The notes under the pieces were generated by a model that saw nothing but the letters and a program-made list of their open reading frames with translations, was not told the origin of the DNA and made no database searches. 64,000 bases of DNA, taken from assembly GCA_002731825.1 (NCBI GenBank), contig PCCS01000017.1, positions 123,420 through 187,419 of the forward strand, given 5' to 3'. A program made the position numbers and the translations under genes. The stretch comes from Myxococcales bacterium (GTDB taxonomy: Bacteria; Myxococcota_A; Bradymonadia; UBA7976; UBA1532). Shown piece after piece: positions 1 to 8,925 of the stretch. The stretch's first letter is position 1; each line of letters begins with the position of its first letter.

Positions 1-403
1 GGGTCACCGAATACACCCAGGCCGATATAGGCTGACCATCTGGGCTGCTATAGAGCTGTCGTCTTGTATGCCCCCGGCTATAGCGAATCGGATGGCCTTC
101 TTTTAAGTCGATTAAGTCGAGTAGCGTTTGGTCTACGGACAGCAATACGCCCCACACCTGATGACGGTCTGATGGGATGACGTTTGCGGCCCCACCGCCG
201 CGCGTCGCGGACCAATAGTTCCATGCCAAGCGATGATGTTCTAAGCAGGCCACGCCGCTCAAGGTCGGCATCCCCCCCCCATAATTTTGTTCGTCGAGCC
301 ATCGCGCTAAGTCCTGAAAATTCATATTAGACCCATACGCGAAGACCAATTGCTGGTCACGCTGGACACCGTAATTAAGTTTTGGCGGTGCTGGTTTCAA
401 CAT
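1..403 (-). CDS. Gamma-glutamylcyclotransferase (GGCT/AIG2-like) family protein, runs off the left edge
   Basis: Not in the ORF track. Manual translation from ATG at 403 stays open to base 1: MLKPAPPKLNYGVQRDQQLVFAYGSNMN...HRLAWNYWSATRGGGAANVIPSDRHQVWGVLL...IDLKEGHPIRY...DGQPISAWVY. The FAYGSN, GGGxA, VWGV, DxxEG and AWVY motifs match the GGCT fold. Confidence 0.85.
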   Translation of the reverse strand, partial: MLKPAPPKLNYGVQRDQQLVFAYGSNMNFQDLARWLDEQNYGGGMPTLSGVACLEHHRLAWNYWSATRGGGAANVIPSDRHQVWGVLLSVDQTLLDLIDLKEGHPIRYSRGHTRRQLYSSPDGQPISAWVYSVT

Positions 404-600
404 CTCAACACTATAGTCCCGTGATACTGTGACGTCTATCTAGTGATGGTTGACCGGCTGACCTAAACGCGCACTCTGAGTCGATCAGATGATCCATGCG
501 TTTGAAGATTGAGTCATCGACGAACATTAAATAGGATGGCCCAGCGGAAAAAAGGGTCAGACCGACTCGATTTACACCTCGCTCAGACTGTAGAAAGTGT

Positions 601-1224
601 GTGATGGACAAACGAGAGTTACATAACTGGCTACCAGATGGTGTCACGCCATTATTCGAACGCTGGCTTAAAGCCCACCCGGTTCGTGTGCACCTCAAGG
701 CGCCCAGGCAGACACGATTGGGTGATTTCTCCGTCCCTAGACGTGGAGATATGCCTGCGATCACGTTGAACACAGACCTTTCACCATTTCAATTCATGGT
801 CACGCTGACACACGAGATCGCGCACCTCTATACCTGGTACCATCACGGGGGTCGTGTCCAACCCCATGGTCCGGAATGGCGACGCGAATTCAGAGATTTA
901 CTCCTCGAACTCGCCGCGGTAAAAACGCTACCAATCCCCCTCCGAGGGGCACTACGAAAACATGCCCGTAAGCCCGCATCAGCCACCCATCACGATCCTC
1001 ATTTGCTCAACACGCTGCGACTCTTAGATGGCGACGACAGCCTGTATTTGAGTGATATCCCAATCGGTGGTCAATTCGTCTTTCGCGGGCGACATTTCCG
1101 TAAAATCAGGGAGGCTCGCACACGCTGTCGATGCGTCGAGGAATCGTCGGGCGTTGAATATCATATCGCTAAGGTTGCCCCAGTGGAGCGCGTGTCCAGT
1201 TCACATTGGATGACGTCATCATGA
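601..1224 (+). CDS. SprT-like zinc metalloprotease domain protein
   Basis: TLTHEIAH (HExxH) followed by PHGPEW; C-terminal FVFRGRHFRK..RTRCRC domain. Confidence 0.85.
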   Translation: MMDKRELHNWLPDGVTPLFERWLKAHPVRVHLKAPRQTRLGDFSVPRRGDMPAITLNTDLSPFQFMVTLTHEIAHLYTWYHHGGRVQPHGPEWRREFRDLLLELAAVKTLPIPLRGALRKHARKPASATHHDPHLLNTLRLLDGDDSLYLSDIPIGGQFVFRGRHFRKIREARTRCRCVEESSGVEYHIAKVAPVERVSSSHWMTSS

Positions 1225-1679
1225 CCGGTATTCGCATCTGTCTTTTGCTCGGCGGTCTACTGGGTTTAGCCGCATTACAACTCCCCCTATATGACTGTGT
1301 ATCAGCCGACGGATTGTATGTGTCTGTCTCCCAATTTAATGGGCTTGAAACATCGGTTTTAAGCGCCCATAAACCAGCGCTTTGTCCCCCTGCAATCCGG
1401 ACCCAGACAGAGAGCCTCGAAGCCGTATTCATGACCAGTTCAATCCTACCCGGCATTTTGCTTCTACTGGCCATTAATTCGCTATCGGGCGCGAGTCATC
1501 GCGCGTACTTGGCCATGGCTCTGCTAGGCGGGGTGCAATGCACAGTGTCAGTCATGGCATGTTACCTAATGCGAGACCAAGTAGACGGTCTCAGCATGGG
1601 GAGTTATGTCTCAGGCATTGGGGGACTATTTTCAATCGTTGGCTCTGTGCGCGCTATGAGAGCGGTCCCGAATGTCTAG
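1221..1679 (+). CDS. Hypothetical membrane protein (about 4 hydrophobic segments)
   Basis: ATG at 1221 overlaps the SprT TGA (ATGA); ORF track starts it at 1206; alternating hydrophobic stretches. Confidence 0.6.
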   Translation: MTGIRICLLLGGLLGLAALQLPLYDCVSADGLYVSVSQFNGLETSVLSAHKPALCPPAIRTQTESLEAVFMTSSILPGILLLLAINSLSGASHRAYLAMALLGGVQCTVSVMACYLMRDQVDGLSMGSYVSGIGGLFSIVGSVRAMRAVPNV

Positions 1680-3994
1680 TCGCAATTGCTTCTCAGAGCA
1701 GCCCCATCGTCGCGGACCAACTCAGCGAGATCCCATAAATCACAGAGGTCTGTTGGCGTGAACTGGACATCACGTTCTGCTGTCCCCTCTATCGTTCCCG
1801 TAATTCGACCTTCCCCTGCCGTGATCTGAATTGGATGCGTGTCGGACCGGTAAGAGAGTCCAATCAATTGGCCGCTTGCGTTAATGGTCAGCGGGTTTGG
1901 AGCACCATCCATTTCCAGTCCTGTGAGTTGACCGAAGTCTGAATTGAGTTCCAAGCCTCCATTACGTATGGTCACGAATCCGCCGTCGATCTGACCGTCG
2001 ATGACGAGGCCTGGCCAGGGCGCCTGCATTTGCTCTACATCTGGCCCAAAAATTAACCGATTTTCTGCTGTTGCCGTCAACGACAAGACGCCCGACGGTG
2101 CAATGGTAACAAGACCATCTCCCAGAGCGTCAAAACGGCCACCACCGGTGATTGCGAGAGTCCCAGCCACGGATAATGAACCGGTAATTTTCAAAGGCAC
2201 AGTGGGCGGCACGCTGAATGTATCGACCGCTGCGACATCGAGGCTATCGATGGTGTAATAGACACCGGCTGGCTGGTTTGCCACCCGCATTGTGCCCGTA
2301 CTGCCTCGAAGATGGATCCCTTGATGTTCGGGTCCCCAGTCGTGCCCGGCACCGATTGGCAAACGGCCAAATGAGCGGACATGAGCGGCGACCGGAATTT
2401 GGGCACGGGTCCAGGTTTGAGAAAGCTGCCCTATGGATACGCCGTCGCCTAAATTCAGGGCGATGTCGCTGATGTCTGCAAGGGTTGCCCCAACGAGACT
2501 GACCGCGGTTTGTCCATCATAGGACAGGCCCACCCGCTGATTGCCTTGAAGGGTCAGGGCTTCAAAAACCACTGACCGACCGTCGATCATCACGGCGGGT
2601 TCCCCTCCAAACCCTGCGTATTCAATGACCGTATTTAAGATATTAATGGGCTCGTCTCCAGACTCAATTCGTAAGCCTAACCAGCCTCCAACAGCACCGA
2701 CTTCATCAGACCAGGCTTGACGGTCCGCTTTTGAGAAAATCACAAGACCGTCCCGCGAGCCGATCCGTGCCTGGCCTTGAATTCGAATGGCATGGCTCGA
2801 TTCACCAGCGACGATCACGGTGCCAGCGCTGACCACCAGATTCCCATCCATTGGCACTCTCAAAACCGAGTTAAGGGTCCAAGGGTTGCCGTCTGGGCCG
2901 ATCTCTCCAGCAAGGCTTTCCCCATCGAGTACAGCCCCTTCAGCAACCGGGCCTGTCAGAATGAAACGACCGACGAGCAGACCAAAAGCAGCTCCATTTT
3001 CCACTCGAACATCGACGATGCCCGTTTCGGCCATTGGCATGGCTGGCAGCACACCCCTTATGCGGGTCTCATCAAGTCGTTCGACCTCGTCGAGAGGCTG
3101 TCCAGAAACAGAGATTGTGAACACCCCATCAGCAGGAAACGGGCCCCCGTAAATGGTGAGTCTACTGGCCTCATCGATGGGCGCCCAAGCCGGTTTAATA
3201 CGCACGACCTCAATGGCACCCGGAGCCAATGCACGTCCAATAAGCTGGGCCTCAAAATCCCCTGCATTGGTCCGAATCGTAATGGTTTGACGGTACTCGC
3301 CGTCCATCTCTGGACTAAAATTCAAAAGGACCTGGGCTCGCTCGCCGGGCGCCGCTGTCGCTGGTATTTGTCCGGGCGCGACCGAAAATGGAGCTTCTAT
3401 ACCACTCACTTGGCTGATGGTAATGGGGCTGGATTCACTCAAATTTTCAAGCAATAAGAACTCCGACTTCGACTGCCCCGGTTGTTGAATACCGAAGTTG
3501 ATCTCCGATGAGACAAGTCGGCCATCGGTGGTCTCGACCGAACCGGATAAAGACAAGTCTGCATCAACCCCGTCTACATTGGTCCGCAAGACAACATTTT
3601 GTTCGAAGGTCCCGACATCTGTGGGTTCAAAAACAAATACGAAGGTACGACGGGCGCCTGCTGGAATTCGGGCAGGCAGGGTCCGATTCACAGAAAATGG
3701 AGCTGAGAGTCCCTCTATTTCAACAATGTCCAGATCCACCATACCTGAGTTGATGATGCCAACATCCCGCCTTTCCTGGCCTCCAACCCCAGTGACGCCA
3801 AAGGAGACCATGGTTTCCACGATTTCCAGCTGAGCAAATCCCATGTCGCCTGGGGTTGAATCTGCAATAACCTGGCTGTCAGGACGCATTAAATCCGGCT
3901 GTGTACCTTGGTCGACCGGTCCTCCAGTCGAGCCATCAGACCCGCCACAGGCGGCCAAGCATATACAAACACTCCATACGAACACTGATCTCAT
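1676..3994 (-). CDS. Surface lipoprotein: two ASH/choice-of-anchor-D Ig-like domains, IPT/TIG domain, right-handed beta-helix region
   Basis: Lipobox LAAC after MRSVFVWSVCIC (start 3994; ORF track 4006). FG..V..Q...V.I.NSG and INFG......L.LEN motifs; IKPAWAP..E..RLTIYGGPF (IPT); GNPWTL, GWLGLRI and IEYAG beta-helix-type motifs. Confidence 0.7.
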   Translation of the reverse strand: MRSVFVWSVCICLAACGGSDGSTGGPVDQGTQPDLMRPDSQVIADSTPGDMGFAQLEIVETMVSFGVTGVGGQERRDVGIINSGMVDLDIVEIEGLSAPFSVNRTLPARIPAGARRTFVFVFEPTDVGTFEQNVVLRTNVDGVDADLSLSGSVETTDGRLVSSEINFGIQQPGQSKSEFLLLENLSESSPITISQVSGIEAPFSVAPGQIPATAAPGERAQVLLNFSPEMDGEYRQTITIRTNAGDFEAQLIGRALAPGAIEVVRIKPAWAPIDEASRLTIYGGPFPADGVFTISVSGQPLDEVERLDETRIRGVLPAMPMAETGIVDVRVENGAAFGLLVGRFILTGPVAEGAVLDGESLAGEIGPDGNPWTLNSVLRVPMDGNLVVSAGTVIVAGESSHAIRIQGQARIGSRDGLVIFSKADRQAWSDEVGAVGGWLGLRIESGDEPINILNTVIEYAGFGGEPAVMIDGRSVVFEALTLQGNQRVGLSYDGQTAVSLVGATLADISDIALNLGDGVSIGQLSQTWTRAQIPVAAHVRSFGRLPIGAGHDWGPEHQGIHLRGSTGTMRVANQPAGVYYTIDSLDVAAVDTFSVPPTVPLKITGSLSVAGTLAITGGGRFDALGDGLVTIAPSGVLSLTATAENRLIFGPDVEQMQAPWPGLVIDGQIDGGFVTIRNGGLELNSDFGQLTGLEMDGAPNPLTINASGQLIGLSYRSDTHPIQITAGEGRITGTIEGTAERDVQFTPTDLCDLWDLAELVRDDGAALRSNCD

Positions 3995-4157
3995 TGCTGT
4001 CCCCAACTTAAGGGAGCTGCCGGCATCACACCGACCAAGCTCCAGTTTTGTTTGCCTGCATCTCGACCCAATACATGATGCAGGACTGCGCGCCGTGAAC
4101 CGACGCGTGTCAATAACGGTAATTCCAAAGACCAGTCAATACGAAAACCAAGAGAAA

Positions 4158-7100
4158 CTATCGACACCGACCAGCTCCGACTTCGGGCTGGTCGACGGAT
4201 GTCGATACGGTAAATTGAACATAAGATCGCCCAGATACAGCCGGTTGCACCGGACCGAAATCGACCCTCGAGTCAGCTGGGCGAGCGTCACCACTCAGGC
4301 CCAAAAGCCATGCTTGGATCCGACTGCGTTGGCTGGACATGCCATGGACTGATACCTGTACCGACGTGTGTTGATTCGACAAAAATGATGAGGCTAAATA
4401 ACGCTTTGCGTCCGCAGACCGGATCAAGCCGTCCGTTGGAGACACAGATGAGGCAAATGCATAAGCACGTCGGTCGAGCATACGCTCAAGTCGGTAAAGC
4501 GACCCGTTTATGACGCCATGCACATGTCCTTGATACTCGATTAACACGTCGGGTACTTTTATCCTGTCGAGCTTGGTCCATGTTCGACCCAAATCAGCTG
4601 AGCAAAAGAGGGTTGTCTTATTCGAGGCACAGACGTCTGCCTTTCCCAATCGACTCAAAGCAACGCTCTTGATTGGACCCAGGGGGGTCTCATGGTGTCG
4701 CCATCCTCGTCCACCCGAAATCGTCCGATAAAACGTGCCATCTGGGGCAAAAACCAGTCCTGCTGTGTGAGTCTTCGACAAGGCTATGACGGATGTTTCA
4801 GGTTTAATGAAGTCCTGTGGGAGTCCGGTGGATAACGAGCGCTTCCAGGCCCCTTTTTGGGTCTGATAACACCAGACGTCCTCACTGGACGATTGCAAGC
4901 ATACACCGTGCTGAGAGACCGCGTTTGTTGGTACAAAGACACCCGTTTGTAAGCCGCCCAGTTCAACAGGTAGGGCAGATTCAGTCCAAGCACTTTTGTC
5001 TGTATTCCATGTCCAGACACCAAACGCATCGTTGGTTTTGATTCCATGAAGGAACACTGTCCCGTGGCCTTCAACTACATCACCCACGCGAATACCCTGC
5101 GGTGTTGTCTCCTCTAGATGTCCTGTCAGACCCTCAAGCCTGTAGACCTGCCCGCCATGGGTCAAAATCCAAATGGAATTGGCGTTAGAAAACGCCGTTT
5201 TCGGTCGAATGTGTTCGGACTTCTCTAACGACGTCCATGGTCCCGTACACGCCTCTCGAAAGAAAATGCCAGTGGTGTCGGTCAATGCATACTCCCGATG
5301 ACACCGTTGTCGGTCTTCGATCCGGTACAAATCAAGTAATCGGCCGGGTGGCAGCCCGGAGACCTTATGCCATAGCAAGGGCCGCTTAATCTCGAGCTTA
5401 GCCTTTGTAGACCATGAATTTCGAAGCGTCTTAGGACGAACCAAATGGGTTCCTAAAATATCATTTAGAACCCGACGTAAAGACTGGGCGAGCCCCTTCG
5501 ATTTGTCCATCCGGCTATATTTAAAGCGACGAGCCCACGACACCTTTCCCAATGGCTCCAACTCGGTCTCCCTACTCAGACCAGTGGGGTGCAGAAAATA
5601 GGCCTGTAGACCAGCTCGACTGAGAGACCGTCGGAGAGACGCTTTGACCTTGGGTGCTTTAGCGAGAGGCTGACGGCACTCAGCAGCGGTGCCGATGGCC
5701 GTCACATCGACTCTCTCCAAGCACTCGGCTTTCCGCTCCAAGAGTGGACGGGTGTTATCCGATTTAACTTCACTGACACGTTTAATGCAGGCTAAATAGG
5801 CTTTTTTATGGTCTGTGCTCGCTGTCTTGACACAGCGATCAATACACGCGAACCGAGTCTGTGCTGGTCGTTTTTTTGATCCTTTGCATGCCTTGAGACA
5901 GGCCGCGGTTTTGGCTGCCTGAGCACAGTTTTTTGGACGTTTAATTTTCGCTTTCGCCATGGTCGCTGCAGTGAATGTCAACGGCTCATCGGTCACCATA
6001 ACCACCACTCTGAATGCCTGGTCGCGGTAATTCAGGCGCGTGGTCGCCAAAAGAGCACCCACGCTGTCTTCGTGGGCCTGAAGCGAGCTTAAAGGGAGCT
6101 GGCTCATGGCATCTGCTACGGGTTTCGGTTCATTGAACCATGACCTTTGCTCGACTACAGATTTTGCGAAACCGACAACAGAATAACGGGGATTGAGCCC
6201 ATTGACTCTGAGGTCTGCATCCATCTGAGCAAGATTCGTAATGATTTGAGTCCGCTCGGAGAGCAAGCTACCCGACAAATCCACCAGGAAGACAATGTCG
6301 ATGGGTGACCGGCCAGGTGTGTCCGACGCCGGTTTCATATTGCGGCCATTGAGACGAAATGAATGGGCGGGTAGGCCAATGTGTCTTTGGCCATCGCAGC
6401 CTGTGATGCTGGCTTGAATTCTCTGACCCAAGGCTTTGCTGACCGTGTGTGCGACGTGTACACGAACCGTATCACCAACAGGCTTTTGGCCTGTCTTGAA
6501 CAAGAGCTCTTCCGCTTGTTGAGCTGTGTCCGATTGAGGGTACCAAAGCACATAGTCTAGCAATTTCTCCGGATCAGCTGGTTGCGAGGCCTCGGACCAG
6601 GCAAGAGCCATTTCTGCCTTAAGCAGCTCTTGGTTACCCGGTTCATTTGGGTAAGCGAGCCGAAATAGGCGAGCGCTCCACCGGTCGGGCAGGTCGACTA
6701 GACGTTGCTGCAACTGAGTTTTCACGGGGTCGACAGCGTCTTTTAAAAAGCGGTGATTCCTGTATTTCTCAATGAACGGGCGGCCAATGCCGAGTGCGAT
6801 CCGATGGCTATTCCTTATGGCGGTCTCGAACATCTGGAACATGGATTTGATCTCTGCTTTATCCACCGCGTCGATTGACGTCGGATCGGTGTGCTGACGG
6901 CGAAATGAATCGAATGCGGATCGTGTTCCGATGGCCATGGCGTCTTTCAAGGCTCGACGGGCTCTCAGGCGACGAATTTCCTTCAGGGCGCGTTTTGACT
7001 CCGGCCATGACGTATAGGTCGTTATAAATTGGTCGTATACGATGAGCATATCTTCAGCTTTGGCCCGGTCAAGCGCAAGTTGAAGTTCTCTGTCGCGAAC

Positions 7101-7814
7101 CAGCTGAATGGATGGCAGCTCGGTTAATGCACCGAAGATGGAGCGGAACTCTTGATGGGAAATCAAATCATCTTGTATTCGGACATGCGTCTCATAGACC
7201 AATTTAGCCTCTTCGCGAATCGCAACGCGCGTCAAGGTCCGCGTATTTGACCATGTCCCATAGTTGAGGCGTATGCGTTTATAAGCATCCGCGCTCTTCA
7301 AGGCACGTGCGTCCCTGAGAGCGGCCCGGACTTCCAGCTCTTGCACCTGAGCGAGAACACTGGTCTCGGGGTATGTCTCTCGAAACCGACGGTATACGAT
7401 CACAGAATCCCGTGGCCGGGCTACGGTCTCCAAATAAAGAACGGATTCACGCTCAAGAGCATGCGCGACGAGCTTAGAAAACCGGTCTTCGGTCCCGTAA
7501 ACCCGCCTGAAGGCAGCTATTTTCTCGACATCTTTACTGCTGATGGCAGCCTTCATTCGAGCTGTGGCAATCAGTAATTCGACACGCTCGGTCTGGGCGG
7601 CTTGCCCATTGCCACCGGCCCGTAGCCAATCATACCCAGCCTCAGCTGCATCACGGTAATGCCCGCCCTCTATGAGCCGCTCCATTCGAACGTTTATGGG
7701 CCCACAGCTATAGGCGATTAGAACCGAGAGAGCCATCAGCGACCGACGCAAAGGATACACAGTACCCGGCCTCTTGATTGTCACACGTAAACAACTAGCG
7801 TCCATAGCCCACAC
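4158..7814 (-). CDS. Large exported protein: helical 'Y..F...YP' repeats, VWA domain with Cys-rich insert, C-terminal Asp-box beta-propeller
   Basis: Hydrophobic segment LMALSVLIAYSC; DIVFLVDLSGS (MIDAS DxSxS) and VMVTDEP; CSADLGRTW Asp-box. Start uncertain (7814, 7805 or later). Confidence 0.7.
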   Translation of the reverse strand: MWAMDASCLRVTIKRPGTVYPLRRSLMALSVLIAYSCGPINVRMERLIEGGHYRDAAEAGYDWLRAGGNGQAAQTERVELLIATARMKAAISSKDVEKIAAFRRVYGTEDRFSKLVAHALERESVLYLETVARPRDSVIVYRRFRETYPETSVLAQVQELEVRAALRDARALKSADAYKRIRLNYGTWSNTRTLTRVAIREEAKLVYETHVRIQDDLISHQEFRSIFGALTELPSIQLVRDRELQLALDRAKAEDMLIVYDQFITTYTSWPESKRALKEIRRLRARRALKDAMAIGTRSAFDSFRRQHTDPTSIDAVDKAEIKSMFQMFETAIRNSHRIALGIGRPFIEKYRNHRFLKDAVDPVKTQLQQRLVDLPDRWSARLFRLAYPNEPGNQELLKAEMALAWSEASQPADPEKLLDYVLWYPQSDTAQQAEELLFKTGQKPVGDTVRVHVAHTVSKALGQRIQASITGCDGQRHIGLPAHSFRLNGRNMKPASDTPGRSPIDIVFLVDLSGSLLSERTQIITNLAQMDADLRVNGLNPRYSVVGFAKSVVEQRSWFNEPKPVADAMSQLPLSSLQAHEDSVGALLATTRLNYRDQAFRVVVMVTDEPLTFTAATMAKAKIKRPKNCAQAAKTAACLKACKGSKKRPAQTRFACIDRCVKTASTDHKKAYLACIKRVSEVKSDNTRPLLERKAECLERVDVTAIGTAAECRQPLAKAPKVKASLRRSLSRAGLQAYFLHPTGLSRETELEPLGKVSWARRFKYSRMDKSKGLAQSLRRVLNDILGTHLVRPKTLRNSWSTKAKLEIKRPLLWHKVSGLPPGRLLDLYRIEDRQRCHREYALTDTTGIFFREACTGPWTSLEKSEHIRPKTAFSNANSIWILTHGGQVYRLEGLTGHLEETTPQGIRVGDVVEGHGTVFLHGIKTNDAFGVWTWNTDKSAWTESALPVELGGLQTGVFVPTNAVSQHGVCLQSSSEDVWCYQTQKGAWKRSLSTGLPQDFIKPETSVIALSKTHTAGLVFAPDGTFYRTISGGRGWRHHETPLGPIKSVALSRLGKADVCASNKTTLFCSADLGRTWTKLDRIKVPDVLIEYQGHVHGVINGSLYRLERMLDRRAYAFASSVSPTDGLIRSADAKRYLASSFLSNQHTSVQVSVHGMSSQRSRIQAWLLGLSGDARPADSRVDFGPVQPAVSGRSYVQFTVSTSVDQPEVGAGRCR

Positions 7815-8925
7815 TCATTAAGGCACTCCATGCTTTTTGGTTGGGGTGCCGGGCCGACAATGATGGCGAGTGCCCCCCCCTTAGGTCGATTTGCCAATGA
7901 CCAATACGAACATCCACTATCCAACCCAGTCCGGCTAAAAAGCCAAAGGCATCGTCACCGGCCCGGTCCGGGTCACGAAGGGCGACCAGTGATGCAAGGG
8001 GACCCATTTCGACTTTTTGCCCGACTCTGAGTCGAGTCGTCAGTTGCCCTGCCATAAAATCACCGGATTGAAAATACGCCCAAGGCGCACCAGGCAAGCT
8101 AATCCCAAATGGATTCATGCCCCCGATCTGTCGTCGATATAAGTCGTCTTCATTCTGTTGCCATGCGGCCTCTTGCTGAACTTCGACTCTAAAAAAATCG
8201 CCGGCAGAAACCCCTGCTTTCAGCCATTGACGGACCACAAACTGAATGATTCCTGGTCGATTCCGAAGGTCAACCTCCTCAAATACATCAGCGTCTATGG
8301 CACCCCATGCATGCGGGTCTGACTGCCAACGAAGGCCCAGTATCAGCCCCATGGCGACCCCCTTGAGACGCGGAAAAACTCTGTGTTTCTGGTGCCAGTC
8401 TAGCCCGGATAGCCGCCAGTATGTCAGCTGTATTTCCGGCTCTAATACCCAGGAGTCGGCCGGTAGAGTGAGGTCGAGAGCTGTTTCATTCGCACGACTA
8501 TGAAACCAACGTCTGAGTCCGATAAGTGCGCGCATGCTCACCCATTTTGCGAGTTGATGGTCCAGCCAGGTCGTCGCCAAAACATAACTCGCCCAAATCG
8601 ATCGAGACCGATCATTGATTCCATTTAGATAATGGTCGTTCAAAACATTGGCAAAGAAAGCCTCACCGGTGATCCCCATGCCCAATCTAAGGTGCCGGCC
8701 GACATCGATTTGAGATAGGGTGAGGCGCAGTGTTTCCGTGTTGTAGTCGATGCTGAGCCAAGAACCAGATTCAAGCGATGTGTCATAGCTCAGAGCGAGC
8801 GCCCCATGCGCTGGACCAACGTCGCTATCCCAACGCTCATAAAGGCTATATGATGACCATCTGCCTTCAGCGAAGACACTTTGGACCGAAATCAGTAAAA
8901 AAATGCCGGAGAGTAGTACCCGCAT
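7795..8925 (-). CDS. Hypothetical outer-membrane beta-barrel protein
   Basis: Signal peptide (MRVLLSGIFLLISVQSVFA), many amphipathic beta-strands rich in W/Y/G; start overlaps the upstream stop (TAATG at 8927-8923). Confidence 0.65.
   Translation of the reverse strand: MRVLLSGIFLLISVQSVFAEGRWSSYSLYERWDSDVGPAHGALALSYDTSLESGSWLSIDYNTETLRLTLSQIDVGRHLRLGMGITGEAFFANVLNDHYLNGINDRSRSIWASYVLATTWLDHQLAKWVSMRALIGLRRWFHSRANETALDLTLPADSWVLEPEIQLTYWRLSGLDWHQKHRVFPRLKGVAMGLILGLRWQSDPHAWGAIDADVFEEVDLRNRPGIIQFVVRQWLKAGVSAGDFFRVEVQQEAAWQQNEDDLYRRQIGGMNPFGISLPGAPWAYFQSGDFMAGQLTTRLRVGQKVEMGPLASLVALRDPDRAGDDAFGFLAGLGWIVDVRIGHWQIDLRGGHSPSLSARHPNQKAWSALMSVGYGR

Noticed and set aside
78-302. 74-aa minus-strand ORF
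   Set aside because: Shadow frame of the GGCT gene (403->1), which carries the family motifs
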